Shown piece by piece: positions 32,471-41,816 of a stretch of 64,000 bases of DNA (its first letter is position 1; the number at the start of each line of letters is the position of its first letter). Both the position numbers and the translations under genes were made by a program. Origin of the DNA: an uncultured delta proteobacterium (GTDB taxonomy: Bacteria; Desulfobacterota; RBG-13-43-22); NCBI GenBank assembly GCA_963843145.1, contig CAWJJC010000022.1:160001-224000 (forward strand). Reading direction: 5' to 3'. The notes beneath the pieces are model-generated. The model was not told where the DNA came from. It saw only the letters and a list, made by a program, of their open reading frames with translations, and searched no databases.

Positions 32471-33322
32471 TTAGTTCACCTCCAGCCAGGATTGGACTAC
32501 CTGTAGACGGTCATTAAGCTGAACAATACATTTTTCCAAGTCTTTTTCTCGGAGGCGGAAATGCTTCATAATCTCCGGGTCCCCTTCATAGTACAGGCCG
32601 TCTGAACCGCCGCCGATGCCGGTGATCAGGGCCATGCAGTTGGCCAAATGGATCAGGGCCACTAGGTCCGGATCATCTCCCCGGCACAGCCAGGGCGCAT
32701 GATGGTATCGAACCGCCTCGATTATGGAGTGGGGGAACCTCCATTTTTCGGCAATCAGTCCCCCCAGTTCGGCATGGTCCATTCCTAACACCTCCCGCTC
32801 CGCCGCAATAAACGAATAGCCCTTTTCCCTGACCAAGGTCTTGATCTTCTCGAAGGTCTCCCGCACAAAGGCGCTGAGGACCACTTTGCCCATGTCGTGG
32901 AGCAGGGCGGCCGTAAACTGGGTAGCGCTGGGCTCCCGATGTATATGCTGGGCGACAATTTCGGTCAGGATGGCGCAGCTTACCGAATGTTTCCACAAAG
33001 CCCCGGTGTCCAGGTTGTATCCCTGGCAGGGACGGACCAGAACGCCCTGGAAGGAACGGTTTAAAATGATCTGCATTAAAGTATTAAAACCAACGAACAC
33101 CAGAGCTTCTTTTAAGGAATGGACCTGGCGACGGAGGTTGAAGTAGGCGGAATTACAGACCTTCAGCACCTGAGAGGTGACCCCCTGATCGTATTGGATG
33201 ATTTCTACCACGTCCTGGGCGGAACTCCGAGGATCGTTGATGGACTGCAAGGCCCGGAGAATGATCGCCGGGAAAGGCGGAAGTTGGTCGATGGACTGAA
33301 CGATCAAGGCGATCCGGTTCAT
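32471..33322 (-). CDS. HDOD domain protein
   Basis: LPPFP, VLKVCNSAYF, LWKHS, LLHDMGK, GMDHAELG..IAEKWRFP, RYHH. Confidence 0.92.
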   Translation of the reverse strand: MNRIALIVQSIDQLPPFPAIILRALQSINDPRSSAQDVVEIIQYDQGVTSQVLKVCNSAYFNLRRQVHSLKEALVFVGFNTLMQIILNRSFQGVLVRPCQGYNLDTGALWKHSVSCAILTEIVAQHIHREPSATQFTAALLHDMGKVVLSAFVRETFEKIKTLVREKGYSFIAAEREVLGMDHAELGGLIAEKWRFPHSIIEAVRYHHAPWLCRGDDPDLVALIHLANCMALITGIGGGSDGLYYEGDPEIMKHFRLREKDLEKCIVQLNDRLQVVQSWLEVN

Positions 33323-33798
33323 AATTCGGTTTCTCCTTCCCCCGAGGTCTTCAGCCAGACCTGGCCGGTGGCCATCTCCAGGCGCATCGTCCGGTTGACC
33401 ATCCCACCTACATGTTCCGCCTTGATCAGAACGTTATTGCGCCATAATATCTTTCGCATGGCCGCATAGTTGCGTTTGCCGATATTAAAGAAACCGGCGT
33501 TATCCATAATTTGGGACCCGCCAGCCACCTTAACGATCATTCGTCCTTTTTCCGCCCCCAATTTATAGGATTCCTTAAAAAGCAGGGGGATCCCCGTGTC
33601 GGCAAACATCCAGGGATTACGCCTGGCCTTCTCCGGGTCGATCTGGGATTCCGGCAGCATCATATGCAGGAGTCCCCCCACCTTGGCGAGAGGATCAAAC
33701 ACCGCCACCCCGATGCAGGACCCCAGGGCATAAGTAATCAGGGTAGCGTCGGGGTTCTTGGTAACCTTCAGGTCAGCGATTTCTACTACGAGGCGCAC
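33319..33798 (-). CDS. cheD: Chemoreceptor glutamine deamidase CheD
   Basis: TYALGSCIG, GLLHMMLP, FADTG, IGKRN, EHVGG. Confidence 0.93.
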   Translation of the reverse strand: MRLVVEIADLKVTKNPDATLITYALGSCIGVAVFDPLAKVGGLLHMMLPESQIDPEKARRNPWMFADTGIPLLFKESYKLGAEKGRMIVKVAGGSQIMDNAGFFNIGKRNYAAMRKILWRNNVLIKAEHVGGMVNRTMRLEMATGQVWLKTSGEGETEL

Positions 33799-33810
33799 GC
33801 AAAAAAGTCC

Positions 33811-34659
33811 TTATTTTTTATAGATGGCCGGTTTAACATATTTAAAGGGGTGCGGAATGCCGGTCAAGCTCTCGGAGTGGCCAATAAAAAGGACGCCCTC
33901 CGGGCCCAGGCATTGGTAAAAACGGTTCACCAAGGTTTCCTGGGTTTTTTTGTCAAAATAGATCATCACATTGCGGCAAAAAATACAATCAAAGGGTTCC
34001 TGGAAAGGAAAAGGTTCCATCAAGTTAAACCGTTTGAATTCCACGGGGTCTCTTAATCGATTTTTGACTTTTATATATTCCCGCCATTGCTGGTCCCCCT
34101 TTAAAAAGTATTTTTTAATCAGCGGGGAGGGGAGATTGCGAATTCGGTCCTGCTCGTAGATCCCGGCCATGGCCTTTTTCAATACTTTGGTGGAGAGGTC
34201 CGTGGCCAAAATTTTGATTTTCCATTTTTCAGGATGCGCCAACCCCTCCAGCAAGGTGATGGAAATGGAATAGACTTCTTCCCCGGAAGAGCAACCGGCG
34301 CTCCAGAGGCGGATTTGCGGGTCCCGGCCTTTCCGGGTCGCCGTCCATTGGGGGAGCAGTTCATTTTTCAGGTAGTCAAAATGGCTTTGTTCCCGGAAAA
34401 AACTGGTCAGGTTGGTGGAAATAGAGTCCAGGAGAAACACCAGTTCCTCTCCCGAGTTGTCCTCGACCACGTACCGGTAATAATCCCGGAAGGACTTAAA
34501 CCGGCCCTGCCGGACCCGCTTGCTTAGTCGGGCCTTGATCAGCTCCTTTTTGCCGTCATGAAGCGAGATCCCGCTTTGCTCATACACCAGGCGGCTGAAT
34601 TGTTCGAAGTCAACCTGGGTTAGTTCAAATTCGGAAACCGGTTGTTGCTGATTAGGCAA
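33811..34659 (-). CDS. cheR: Chemotaxis methyltransferase CheR
   Basis: STNLTSFFRE, WSAGCSSGEE, ATDLS, IFCRNVMIYFD, GHSES; TTG 34659 follows GAGGAG (alternative ATG 34674). Confidence 0.97.
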   Translation of the reverse strand: MPNQQQPVSEFELTQVDFEQFSRLVYEQSGISLHDGKKELIKARLSKRVRQGRFKSFRDYYRYVVEDNSGEELVFLLDSISTNLTSFFREQSHFDYLKNELLPQWTATRKGRDPQIRLWSAGCSSGEEVYSISITLLEGLAHPEKWKIKILATDLSTKVLKKAMAGIYEQDRIRNLPSPLIKKYFLKGDQQWREYIKVKNRLRDPVEFKRFNLMEPFPFQEPFDCIFCRNVMIYFDKKTQETLVNRFYQCLGPEGVLFIGHSESLTGIPHPFKYVKPAIYKK

Positions 34660-35155
34660 ACACGGACTCCTCATCCGCCGATAGAACCCGGTCGATATCC
34701 AACAGGATTTTAACCTGTCCCTTGACCTTGGCCAGACCCAGGATATAATCCGTATTGAGCGCGCTGCCGAGGTTCGGGGTGGGTTCGATGTCTTCTCCGG
34801 AAATATTCAAAACCTCGGAAACCGAATCCACTATTATCCCGATGGGGATGGACCCGCCACTGCCCAAAATTTCCACTACGATAATACAGGTCCGATCGGT
34901 GTAGTCCTCCTCCATGATTCCGAATTTGGACCGCAGCGAAATCACCGGGATGACTTTACCGCGCAGATTGATCACCCCCTTGATATGCTCCGGTGTGCGG
35001 GGAACCGAGGTGATCTCCAGAATACCGATGATTTCCCGGACCTTCAGGATCCCTATCCCGTATTCTTCCTGTCCCAGGGTAAAAGTTAAGTATTTCCCTT
35101 CTTTTCCTTTAAGGCCCTGATTAAGGCCTTCCATTTTTCTGGCTGCTTCTGCCAT
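34652..35155 (-). CDS. cheW: Chemotaxis coupling protein CheW
   Basis: KYLTFTLGQEEYGI, GVINLRGKVIPV, GIIVDSVSEV. Confidence 0.97.
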   Translation of the reverse strand: MAEAARKMEGLNQGLKGKEGKYLTFTLGQEEYGIGILKVREIIGILEITSVPRTPEHIKGVINLRGKVIPVISLRSKFGIMEEDYTDRTCIIVVEILGSGGSIPIGIIVDSVSEVLNISGEDIEPTPNLGSALNTDYILGLAKVKGQVKILLDIDRVLSADEESVFA

Positions 35156-35224
35156 TTTTACCCCCCGCTCTACCCGCCCGACCTTTTAAAAAGGCGGGGA
35201 GGATAAGTTAACAATTTGATCTGG

Positions 35225-36862
35225 TTAAAACTCTTTGAAATCTTCCTCATCCAAAGGAATTACCTGGCTGGGAGGGATTTCCCGCCCCGGCGTCGGGATT
35301 AGTCCTTTGGGCGTCGTCCGAGGCAAAGGTGCGGGGAATCGATTGGACCCGGCCGCCTTTGCCGCAGGCTGGCGGTGGCCGTTTTGTCCGGTTTTGAACA
35401 TGGCCATAATGGAGGCCAGTTCTTCGGCCCCGGCGGCGTTCTGCTGGGTTACTTTATTCATTTCCGCGACGGCCTGGTTGATCTGTTCCAAACCCTGGGA
35501 CTGTTCCCGGGTGGCCGCAGCCATTTCTGCTATCAAGTCTTTGACCTTACCGGAATTTATGGTCGCCTCGCCGAAATTCTTATTGGTCAGGGTGACCACC
35601 CCGACACCGCCCTGGATTTTTTTAACGATGTCCTCGATCAAGGTGGAGGTATTCCGGGCCGCCTCCGCGGCCCGCATGGCCAGATTGCGAACCTCATCGG
35701 CCACCACCGCGAATCCTGCTCCCGCTTCCCCGGCTCGAGCCGCCTCCACGGCGGCGTTCAGGGCCAGCAGATTGGTCTGGAAGGCGATTTCGTCGATGGT
35801 TTTGATGATTTTCTGGGTCTGTTCACTGGACGAGGCGATGTCCTTCATCGATTGGGTCAATTCCGTCATGGAAACACTGGTTTTGTCCATTAATTGGTTA
35901 TTGTCGGTAATCAGGGTATTGGCTTGGTCGGCGTTCTCGGCGTTTTGCTTGGTCATGGAGGACATTTCCTCCAGGGAAGAGGAGGTTTCTTCAATGGAGG
36001 CCGCCTGTTCGGAAGCCGCTCCCGATAAGCCCTGAGACATAGCCACGGATTGCCCCACCGCCTCGCCGAATTTTTGCCGCATTTCATTGATTGCCGCGGA
36101 CAATTCCCCAATCTCGTCTCGGGAATTGACCTGCACCTCCTGGGTCAGATCCCCTTGGGCGATTAGTTGCACCGTATGATTGGCTCGGTTGATCGGCCCG
36201 GTGATGGCACGGGCCAAATAAATGTTGATCCCCAACGACAGGACGATGGCGGCGATCAGGACCAGCGTAAAAAAGAATACCGTCTGGTCAAAACCTTTTA
36301 ATGCCCGATCATACTGCTCCTGACTGGCCTTGTCCTGGATATCCAGTATTTCCTGAAGCGTTTTGTTCAGGAGTTGAAATTTTTCCTCCAGCGAGCTGCT
36401 CACCATCATGGCGGCCGAATTGACGTCTGCGGAAGACATATCGATGGCGTCCAGGGCCACCTTTTGATAGGCCTTTAATTGATCCAAGGCGGTTTGCAGT
36501 TTTTTCTTTTCCTCCGCCTCCAGACCGGGCCGCTGCACCAGTTTATCGATCGAGGCCAAGTTTTTCCCCAGCGCAGCTCCCTGGGCTTTTTCCAGCTCTT
36601 CCACCCGGGTTTTGTTGGTATTGGTGTTAATCCAATTCATCAGTTTATTCACATTGCCGTGGATGGTGCCGACGTCCTGCAAAATTTTAGCGAAGGCCTG
36701 GTAGTCCCTGAATTCCACCTGGTAGATATCAGACAAAGCTTTTTTTTGTCCAACCAGCCCCCGGTAAGCCATGCCGGCCAGAACCAGCACAAATAGAATC
36801 ACCACCAGGGGGCCGACCAAGAGTTTTTTCATCATGGATAAGCGGTTGATTAACTGAAACAT
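35225..36862 (-). CDS. Methyl-accepting chemotaxis protein (helical sensor, HAMP)
   Basis: Two TMs, HAMP (IAQGDLT...DEIGEL), signalling tip [21 protein letters not shown]-terminal DFKEF. Confidence 0.95.
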   Translation of the reverse strand: MFQLINRLSMMKKLLVGPLVVILFVLVLAGMAYRGLVGQKKALSDIYQVEFRDYQAFAKILQDVGTIHGNVNKLMNWINTNTNKTRVEELEKAQGAALGKNLASIDKLVQRPGLEAEEKKKLQTALDQLKAYQKVALDAIDMSSADVNSAAMMVSSSLEEKFQLLNKTLQEILDIQDKASQEQYDRALKGFDQTVFFFTLVLIAAIVLSLGINIYLARAITGPINRANHTVQLIAQGDLTQEVQVNSRDEIGELSAAINEMRQKFGEAVGQSVAMSQGLSGAASEQAASIEETSSSLEEMSSMTKQNAENADQANTLITDNNQLMDKTSVSMTELTQSMKDIASSSEQTQKIIKTIDEIAFQTNLLALNAAVEAARAGEAGAGFAVVADEVRNLAMRAAEAARNTSTLIEDIVKKIQGGVGVVTLTNKNFGEATINSGKVKDLIAEMAAATREQSQGLEQINQAVAEMNKVTQQNAAGAEELASIMAMFKTGQNGHRQPAAKAAGSNRFPAPLPRTTPKGLIPTPGREIPPSQVIPLDEEDFKEF

Positions 36863-37040
36863 ACCTACCTCCCTACGAATGGTGGGGAAGCCGAATCCCG
36901 CAACGGTCCGGCCCCCCCCCGCGCCGGTCTTTACTTGTAAATCCCGCAGCCCACCAATAGATCCCCATGTTTTTCAAGGTACATCGACTTGGGCTCGATC
37001 TTTTTAGTCAGGGGATTGGTGAATTTATAATCCTGCCGGA

Positions 37041-39266
37041 TCAATTCTTATGCAATTCAAAAATCCCGTTGATGTCCAAAATCAGCCCGACCCGACCGTC
37101 GCCCATGATCGCTCCGCCGGCCAGCCCTTTAACCTCTCTGAATTTTTCCCCCAGGGTTTTGATAACCACTTCCTGTTTGCCCACCAGGTCGTCCACCATT
37201 AGGCAGCGTTGTTGACCTTCGTTTTCCACCACCACCACCAGCGCCTCCCAGGGATCCTGCCGCTGGGGGACCACCCCCAGCAGACCATAGAGCCGAACCA
37301 GAGGCAGCAGCAGGTTTCGAACGTTGACCACTTCGCCCCGGCTTTGGATGGTGGATACATCCGTTTGCAGGGGTCGAAAGGTTTCTTTAATAGCCACGGT
37401 GGGGATAATGTAGCGCTCCTGCCCGATACGGACGATAATGCCGTCCATGATGGCCAGGGTCAACGGGACCCGGATGCTGAAGCGGCAGCCCTTTCCTTCC
37501 TCGGAGAAGACTTCCACTCGCCCTTTCAATTTTTCAATGGCCCTTTTGACCACGTCCATCCCCACTCCGCGTCCGGAAACATCGGTAATCTTTTCAGCCG
37601 TGGAGAAACCGGGCTCGAAAATCAAATTGTCGATCAGGTGGTTGGTCAATAGGGCGTCCTCAGGAATCAGGCCTCGCTCCCGGGCCTTGGCCAGGATCCG
37701 TTCCCGGTTCAACCCCTGCCCATCATCCTCAATCTCGATAACGATATTGCCTCCTTTTTGAAAGGCCTGCAAAACAAGTTGCCCAGCCTCGGCTTTGCCC
37801 GATTCCCGGCGTTTCGACGGCGATTCGATGCCGTGATCAACGGAGTTGCGGATCATGTGAACCAGGGGATCGTAAAGGGCCTCGACCATATTCCGGTCGA
37901 TCTCGGTTTCCTCTCCGAACATGTTCAATTCCACCTGTTTTTCCGATTTTCTGGCCAAGTCCCGCACCAAACGAATCATCTTCTGAAAGGTCTGGCGGAT
38001 GGGAATCATCCGCAACGACATTGAAATCTTTTGCATTTCAGCGGTGATTCTTTTCAGTTGGGCGAAATCGCGGGAAAGCTTGGGATCGTTCAGAGAGGAC
38101 ACCGTCGGATTTTGCTGCACCAGGGTCTCGGCGATGACCAGTTCACCCACCATGTCCACCAGATTGTCCAGTTTGTGGGTATCCACCTTGACGGTGGTTT
38201 CGGCAAACTCTCCGGCGATTTTTTTTTGATCCCGGAGGGCCTCGATGACCTGTTTGGGTTTAATTTTTTCCTCGGCAACTAAAATCTCCCCCAATTTTTT
38301 TAGGGGTGGTTGGTCACTCTGGACCCTAAGGGCCTCCTGGACATCCGCCGAGGTAATGAATCCTTTGGAGGTCAATAATTCCCCCATCCGGGGGGGGGCG
38401 GTATCCTCGTCTCCCTTGGGCCGGAGGGCCGCCGGCGATTCGGTCGCGCCCTGCTGCAACCATTCGATTTTTTCGAAATAAGGAGCCAGGTCGAATTCCG
38501 CGTGGCCGATTTGTCCGGCTTCAATATTGGCCCGCAAATCAAAGATCATTTTTTTCAGGAGATCGACGGCCTCTAAGATGAAGTCCACCATTTTCTGATT
38601 GATGGCTAATTTTTCGTTGCGAACGTTATCCAGCAACGACTCCACCCCATGAGAAAAGCGGTGAATGTCCTTGAGATTCAGAAAACCGGAAACCCCTTTC
38701 AGAGTGTGAAAGGGGCGAAAGATGGCATTGATGGTTTCTTTGTCTCCCGGAGACTGTTCGAGGTTGATCAGGTTCACTTCAATGGTATCTAAGTGTTCTA
38801 ACCCCTCGGAAATGAAGTCCCGGTAGAGTTCCAGGTCCTGGGCCACAGAAAAGGCCTCATCCGGAGTTTCTTCCTGAGGGGAAGATGGTTTTTCCTCTTC
38901 CAGAGAAGACGCTTTTTCACCGGCAATCGGCCTCAGCAGTTCCCAAAAGGCCTCCTCTTCAGGGGTCGAGGGTCCGGGCTTGCCGTCTCGAACTTGGGCC
39001 TGAAGGACCTTTACCCCCCGGTTCAGGAGTTCCGAGGCCTTATTCGAATCAGGGAGTTCAGTCAAAATCAGTTTTTCCACCAGGTTCTTGAGGCCTTGAG
39101 CGATGGCAGTCGTCGATTTTAATCCTGATTCCACGGCTGTTATCGTTAGTTTTTCCAGTAGCTCCAACAGGGAACCCAGACCCATGATGTCTTCAGGGTC
39201 CACCAGAACCGTTAGAACGGCTATCTGTTCCACCGTCTCGTTTAATTGCTGCAGATGTTCCGTCAT
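37041..39266 (-). CDS. cheA: Chemotaxis histidine kinase CheA
   Basis: Hpt IFRPFHTLKG, dimerisation KLDNLVDMVGELVI, HATPase HMIRNSVDHGIE and SGRGVGMDVV, C-terminal CheW domain; ATG 39266 follows AAGGGG. Confidence 0.97.
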   Translation of the reverse strand: MTEHLQQLNETVEQIAVLTVLVDPEDIMGLGSLLELLEKLTITAVESGLKSTTAIAQGLKNLVEKLILTELPDSNKASELLNRGVKVLQAQVRDGKPGPSTPEEEAFWELLRPIAGEKASSLEEEKPSSPQEETPDEAFSVAQDLELYRDFISEGLEHLDTIEVNLINLEQSPGDKETINAIFRPFHTLKGVSGFLNLKDIHRFSHGVESLLDNVRNEKLAINQKMVDFILEAVDLLKKMIFDLRANIEAGQIGHAEFDLAPYFEKIEWLQQGATESPAALRPKGDEDTAPPRMGELLTSKGFITSADVQEALRVQSDQPPLKKLGEILVAEEKIKPKQVIEALRDQKKIAGEFAETTVKVDTHKLDNLVDMVGELVIAETLVQQNPTVSSLNDPKLSRDFAQLKRITAEMQKISMSLRMIPIRQTFQKMIRLVRDLARKSEKQVELNMFGEETEIDRNMVEALYDPLVHMIRNSVDHGIESPSKRRESGKAEAGQLVLQAFQKGGNIVIEIEDDGQGLNRERILAKARERGLIPEDALLTNHLIDNLIFEPGFSTAEKITDVSGRGVGMDVVKRAIEKLKGRVEVFSEEGKGCRFSIRVPLTLAIMDGIIVRIGQERYIIPTVAIKETFRPLQTDVSTIQSRGEVVNVRNLLLPLVRLYGLLGVVPQRQDPWEALVVVVENEGQQRCLMVDDLVGKQEVVIKTLGEKFREVKGLAGGAIMGDGRVGLILDINGIFELHKN

Positions 39267-39381
39267 ATTTTCCCCTTGTGAAGGCCGATATCTTTTTAAC
39301 GGTGGGGACGCTGCCACACTGAATACTGATCGGAGAAATATTCTTGAAACTTGATAAATTTATTGAACTGTTTGGATAGTT

Positions 39382-39397
39382 AGCAAATTCAATGCCA
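39382..39397 (-). promoter_or_regulatory. sigma54 promoter of the che operon
   Basis: Minus strand TGGCATTGAATTTGCT, GG-N10-GC. Confidence 0.8.
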
Positions 39398-39765
39398 TAG
39401 AAAACCGCAAACTAACAACAACCTCCGGCCTGGAAATTGGAAGGCCGGGAAGATCTTCGGGCGACCTTTTAACCGTCTGGAATGTAACCTATTTTGGCAA
39501 CAGGTTCCTCCTCTCCCGGGAGCTCCTCGGAAACGGCAACCAGCCGGTCACCCCGAGGGTTCCCGTCAAAAAGCTACCGGTACCCGTCTGAATATTGCCG
39601 GTTCAGGAGAGGTCGCCGAGCGTTCGACGTTCAGGATTCGACCAACCAAAGAGGAGGTAAGTCCTTTCCGCTAATCGTCCGGTTTTTCTGTCTGGCAGGT
39701 GTCTTTCAGCCCTTCGACCCCCCGACCGATTGAGTTCTCGAGATCTTCCTTTTTGCACTTTCAGG

Positions 39766-39792
39766 TAAAGTTACCCGAACCGTAACCGATAA
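39766..39792 (+). promoter_or_regulatory. sigma28 promoter of flbD-motA-motB
   Basis: TAAAGTTA-N11-ACCGATAA, near consensus. Confidence 0.8.
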
Positions 39793-39815
39793 TCACATTG
39801 AGGAGAAGACAAAAG

Positions 39816-40016
39816 ATGATTCAGGTAACCCGATTAGATCACACGACGTTGATAGTCAATCCGGATTTGATCATATTTATGGAAGAGACACCGGATACCA
39901 TTATCACCCTGTCCAACGGGGATAAAATTATGGTCCAGGAACGGGTGAGCGAGATTATCCGTCGGGTCATCCAATTCCGCCGCAGCATCTTTAATTCCTC
40001 CATTCCGATAGACTAG
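39816..40016 (+). CDS. flbD: Flagellar FlbD (SwrD-like) family protein
   Basis: MIQVTRLD...VNPDLI..MEETPDTIITLSNG pattern, directly upstream of motA. Confidence 0.9.
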   Translation: MIQVTRLDHTTLIVNPDLIIFMEETPDTIITLSNGDKIMVQERVSEIIRRVIQFRRSIFNSSIPID

Positions 40017-40028
40017 TTAGCGGAGCGT

Positions 40029-40808
40029 ATGGACAAAGCATCATTAATCGGCATCCTGCTGGGCGTCGGGGCGGTCATCGGGGGGATGGTTTTGGAAGGC
40101 GGCCACCTCGGTTCCATCATGCAGCTCACTGCCGCCATCATCGTCATGGGGGGGACCTTTGGGGCCGTATTCCTGAGCTTTCCCTTTGAGGCGGTCTTGA
40201 CAGGCTTCAAGGACCTAAAAAGAATTTTTATAGAACCGGCCCTCAACCCTTTTCAGTATATCGACCTGATTATCAGTTTTGCCAATAAGGCGCGAAAAGA
40301 GGGGATCCTTTCTCTGGAAAGAGAGATCAAGAACATCGAGCACCCTTTTATGAAGAAGGCCCTGACCATGGCCGTCGACGGGGTGGAACCCAAGATCATG
40401 CGCGAAGCCATGGAAACCGAACTGGCCTACATGGATGAATATGGGAAGTTAAGCGGCAAAGTCTGGCAGGCTGCCGGGGGCTATGCCCCGACCGTCGGGA
40501 TCCTGGGGGCCGTATTAGGGCTTATTCATGTGATGGAGAACTTGAATGACCCCAGCAAACTAGGACCGGGGATCGCCGTGGCCTTCGTGGCTACCGTTTA
40601 CGGCGTGGGTTCGGCCAATTTGTTTTTTCTGCCCATGGCCACCAAATTAACGCACCGTCATCAAGAGGGTTTAGTGATCAACGAAATGATCCTGGAGGGG
40701 GTGGTGGCCTTGTCCACCGGGGAAAACCCCCGGCTGATTGAAGAAAAACTCACCACTTATCTATCGGAACACCAGAAAAATAAAAACCCGAGCCCGAAAA
40801 AGGAATAA
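40029..40808 (+). CDS. motA: Flagellar stator MotA
   Basis: ARKEGILSLE, GGYAPTVGILGAVLGLI, IAVAFVATVYG, GENP. Confidence 0.95.
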   Translation: MDKASLIGILLGVGAVIGGMVLEGGHLGSIMQLTAAIIVMGGTFGAVFLSFPFEAVLTGFKDLKRIFIEPALNPFQYIDLIISFANKARKEGILSLEREIKNIEHPFMKKALTMAVDGVEPKIMREAMETELAYMDEYGKLSGKVWQAAGGYAPTVGILGAVLGLIHVMENLNDPSKLGPGIAVAFVATVYGVGSANLFFLPMATKLTHRHQEGLVINEMILEGVVALSTGENPRLIEEKLTTYLSEHQKNKNPSPKKE

Positions 40809-40822
40809 TAAGGATATCCATT

Positions 40823-41653
40823 ATGGCTAAAAAGAAAAAGGCCGAGGAACACGAGAATTTAGAACGGTGGTTGGTTTCTTATGCCGATTTTATTACCCTG
40901 CTCTTCGCTTTTTTTGTGACCATGTATGCCAGCTCCCGGGTGGATGAACAAAAAATGGGATCGGCGGTGGAATCCCTGCAACGGGCACTGGGCGCGGTGA
41001 TCGCCGTGCCGGTCCCCAGCCGACAGGCTGGAGTATTTCATGATTTCAGCACCCCGGTCCAGGTGACCATTGTTCCCATCGGCGCCCCCCACGCCCAAGA
41101 GGTGAATAAGCTGGCTCAGGAGTTGAAGAAAAAAATTGAAGGACCCCAGGGAAAAGGTGGGAAAAAAGCCGGTACCCAGGCCTACCAGGTAAGTTTTTTA
41201 CTTCAGGAGCGGGGACTGGTAATCCGGGTTTCAGACCAGTTTTTTTTCCAGACCGGAGAAGCGGCCATCCGTCCCGAAGTCCAGCCCTTTTTGAAGGTCC
41301 TCGGACAGACATTGCAGGGCTTGGATAATTCCATCCGCATCGAAGGCCATACCGACAATGTCCCGATCAACACCGCACAGTTTCCTTCCAACTGGGAACT
41401 TTCCACGGCCCGGGCGACCACCATCATCCGTTATTTCCTAACCAACTTCCAATTCGACCCTCAAAAACTTTCTGCCGCCGGTTACGGGGAGTTTCGACCG
41501 ATCGCCGCCAATGACACCCCGGAGGGGCGGGATCAAAACCGCCGGGTGGACGTGGTGATCTTGAACAGCCAGGAAAAGAAGAATGAACCGGCGGGCCTGA
41601 TGAAAAAAGAAAAAGAGGCCGCCCGGAGTCACCCCGGCGCTCCCAAGAGTTGA
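40823..41653 (+). CDS. motB: Flagellar stator MotB
   Basis: ERWLVSYADFITLLFAFF, EGHTD, SNWELSTARA, NRRVD. Confidence 0.95.
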   Translation: MAKKKKAEEHENLERWLVSYADFITLLFAFFVTMYASSRVDEQKMGSAVESLQRALGAVIAVPVPSRQAGVFHDFSTPVQVTIVPIGAPHAQEVNKLAQELKKKIEGPQGKGGKKAGTQAYQVSFLLQERGLVIRVSDQFFFQTGEAAIRPEVQPFLKVLGQTLQGLDNSIRIEGHTDNVPINTAQFPSNWELSTARATTIIRYFLTNFQFDPQKLSAAGYGEFRPIAANDTPEGRDQNRRVDVVILNSQEKKNEPAGLMKKEKEAARSHPGAPKS

Positions 41654-41686
41654 TCCCTACCCAATAAAAACCTCAGCCTGGAGGGA

Positions 41687-41719
41687 TTTTTTTTGCCGGG
41701 TCTTCAGCGGCAAAGAAAA
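41687..41719. terminator. Probable terminator between the convergent motB and HD-GYP genes
   Basis: TTTGCCG / CGGCAAA stem flanked by T and A runs. Confidence 0.55.
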
Positions 41720-41816
41720 TATTTTAAGCATTGCGTCCTTAGCGTCTTGGCGGTGAAAAAATCCTGCAAGTGTTCTCCAACCGAGACCCGCCGCTCGAAA
41801 AACCATGGTCGATTTA

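Noticed and set aside
35235-36035. 266-aa ORF antisense to the MCP
   Set aside because: Typical stop-free shadow frame of Ala/Glu/Ser-rich MCP sequence; the same occurs opposite the other MCP.
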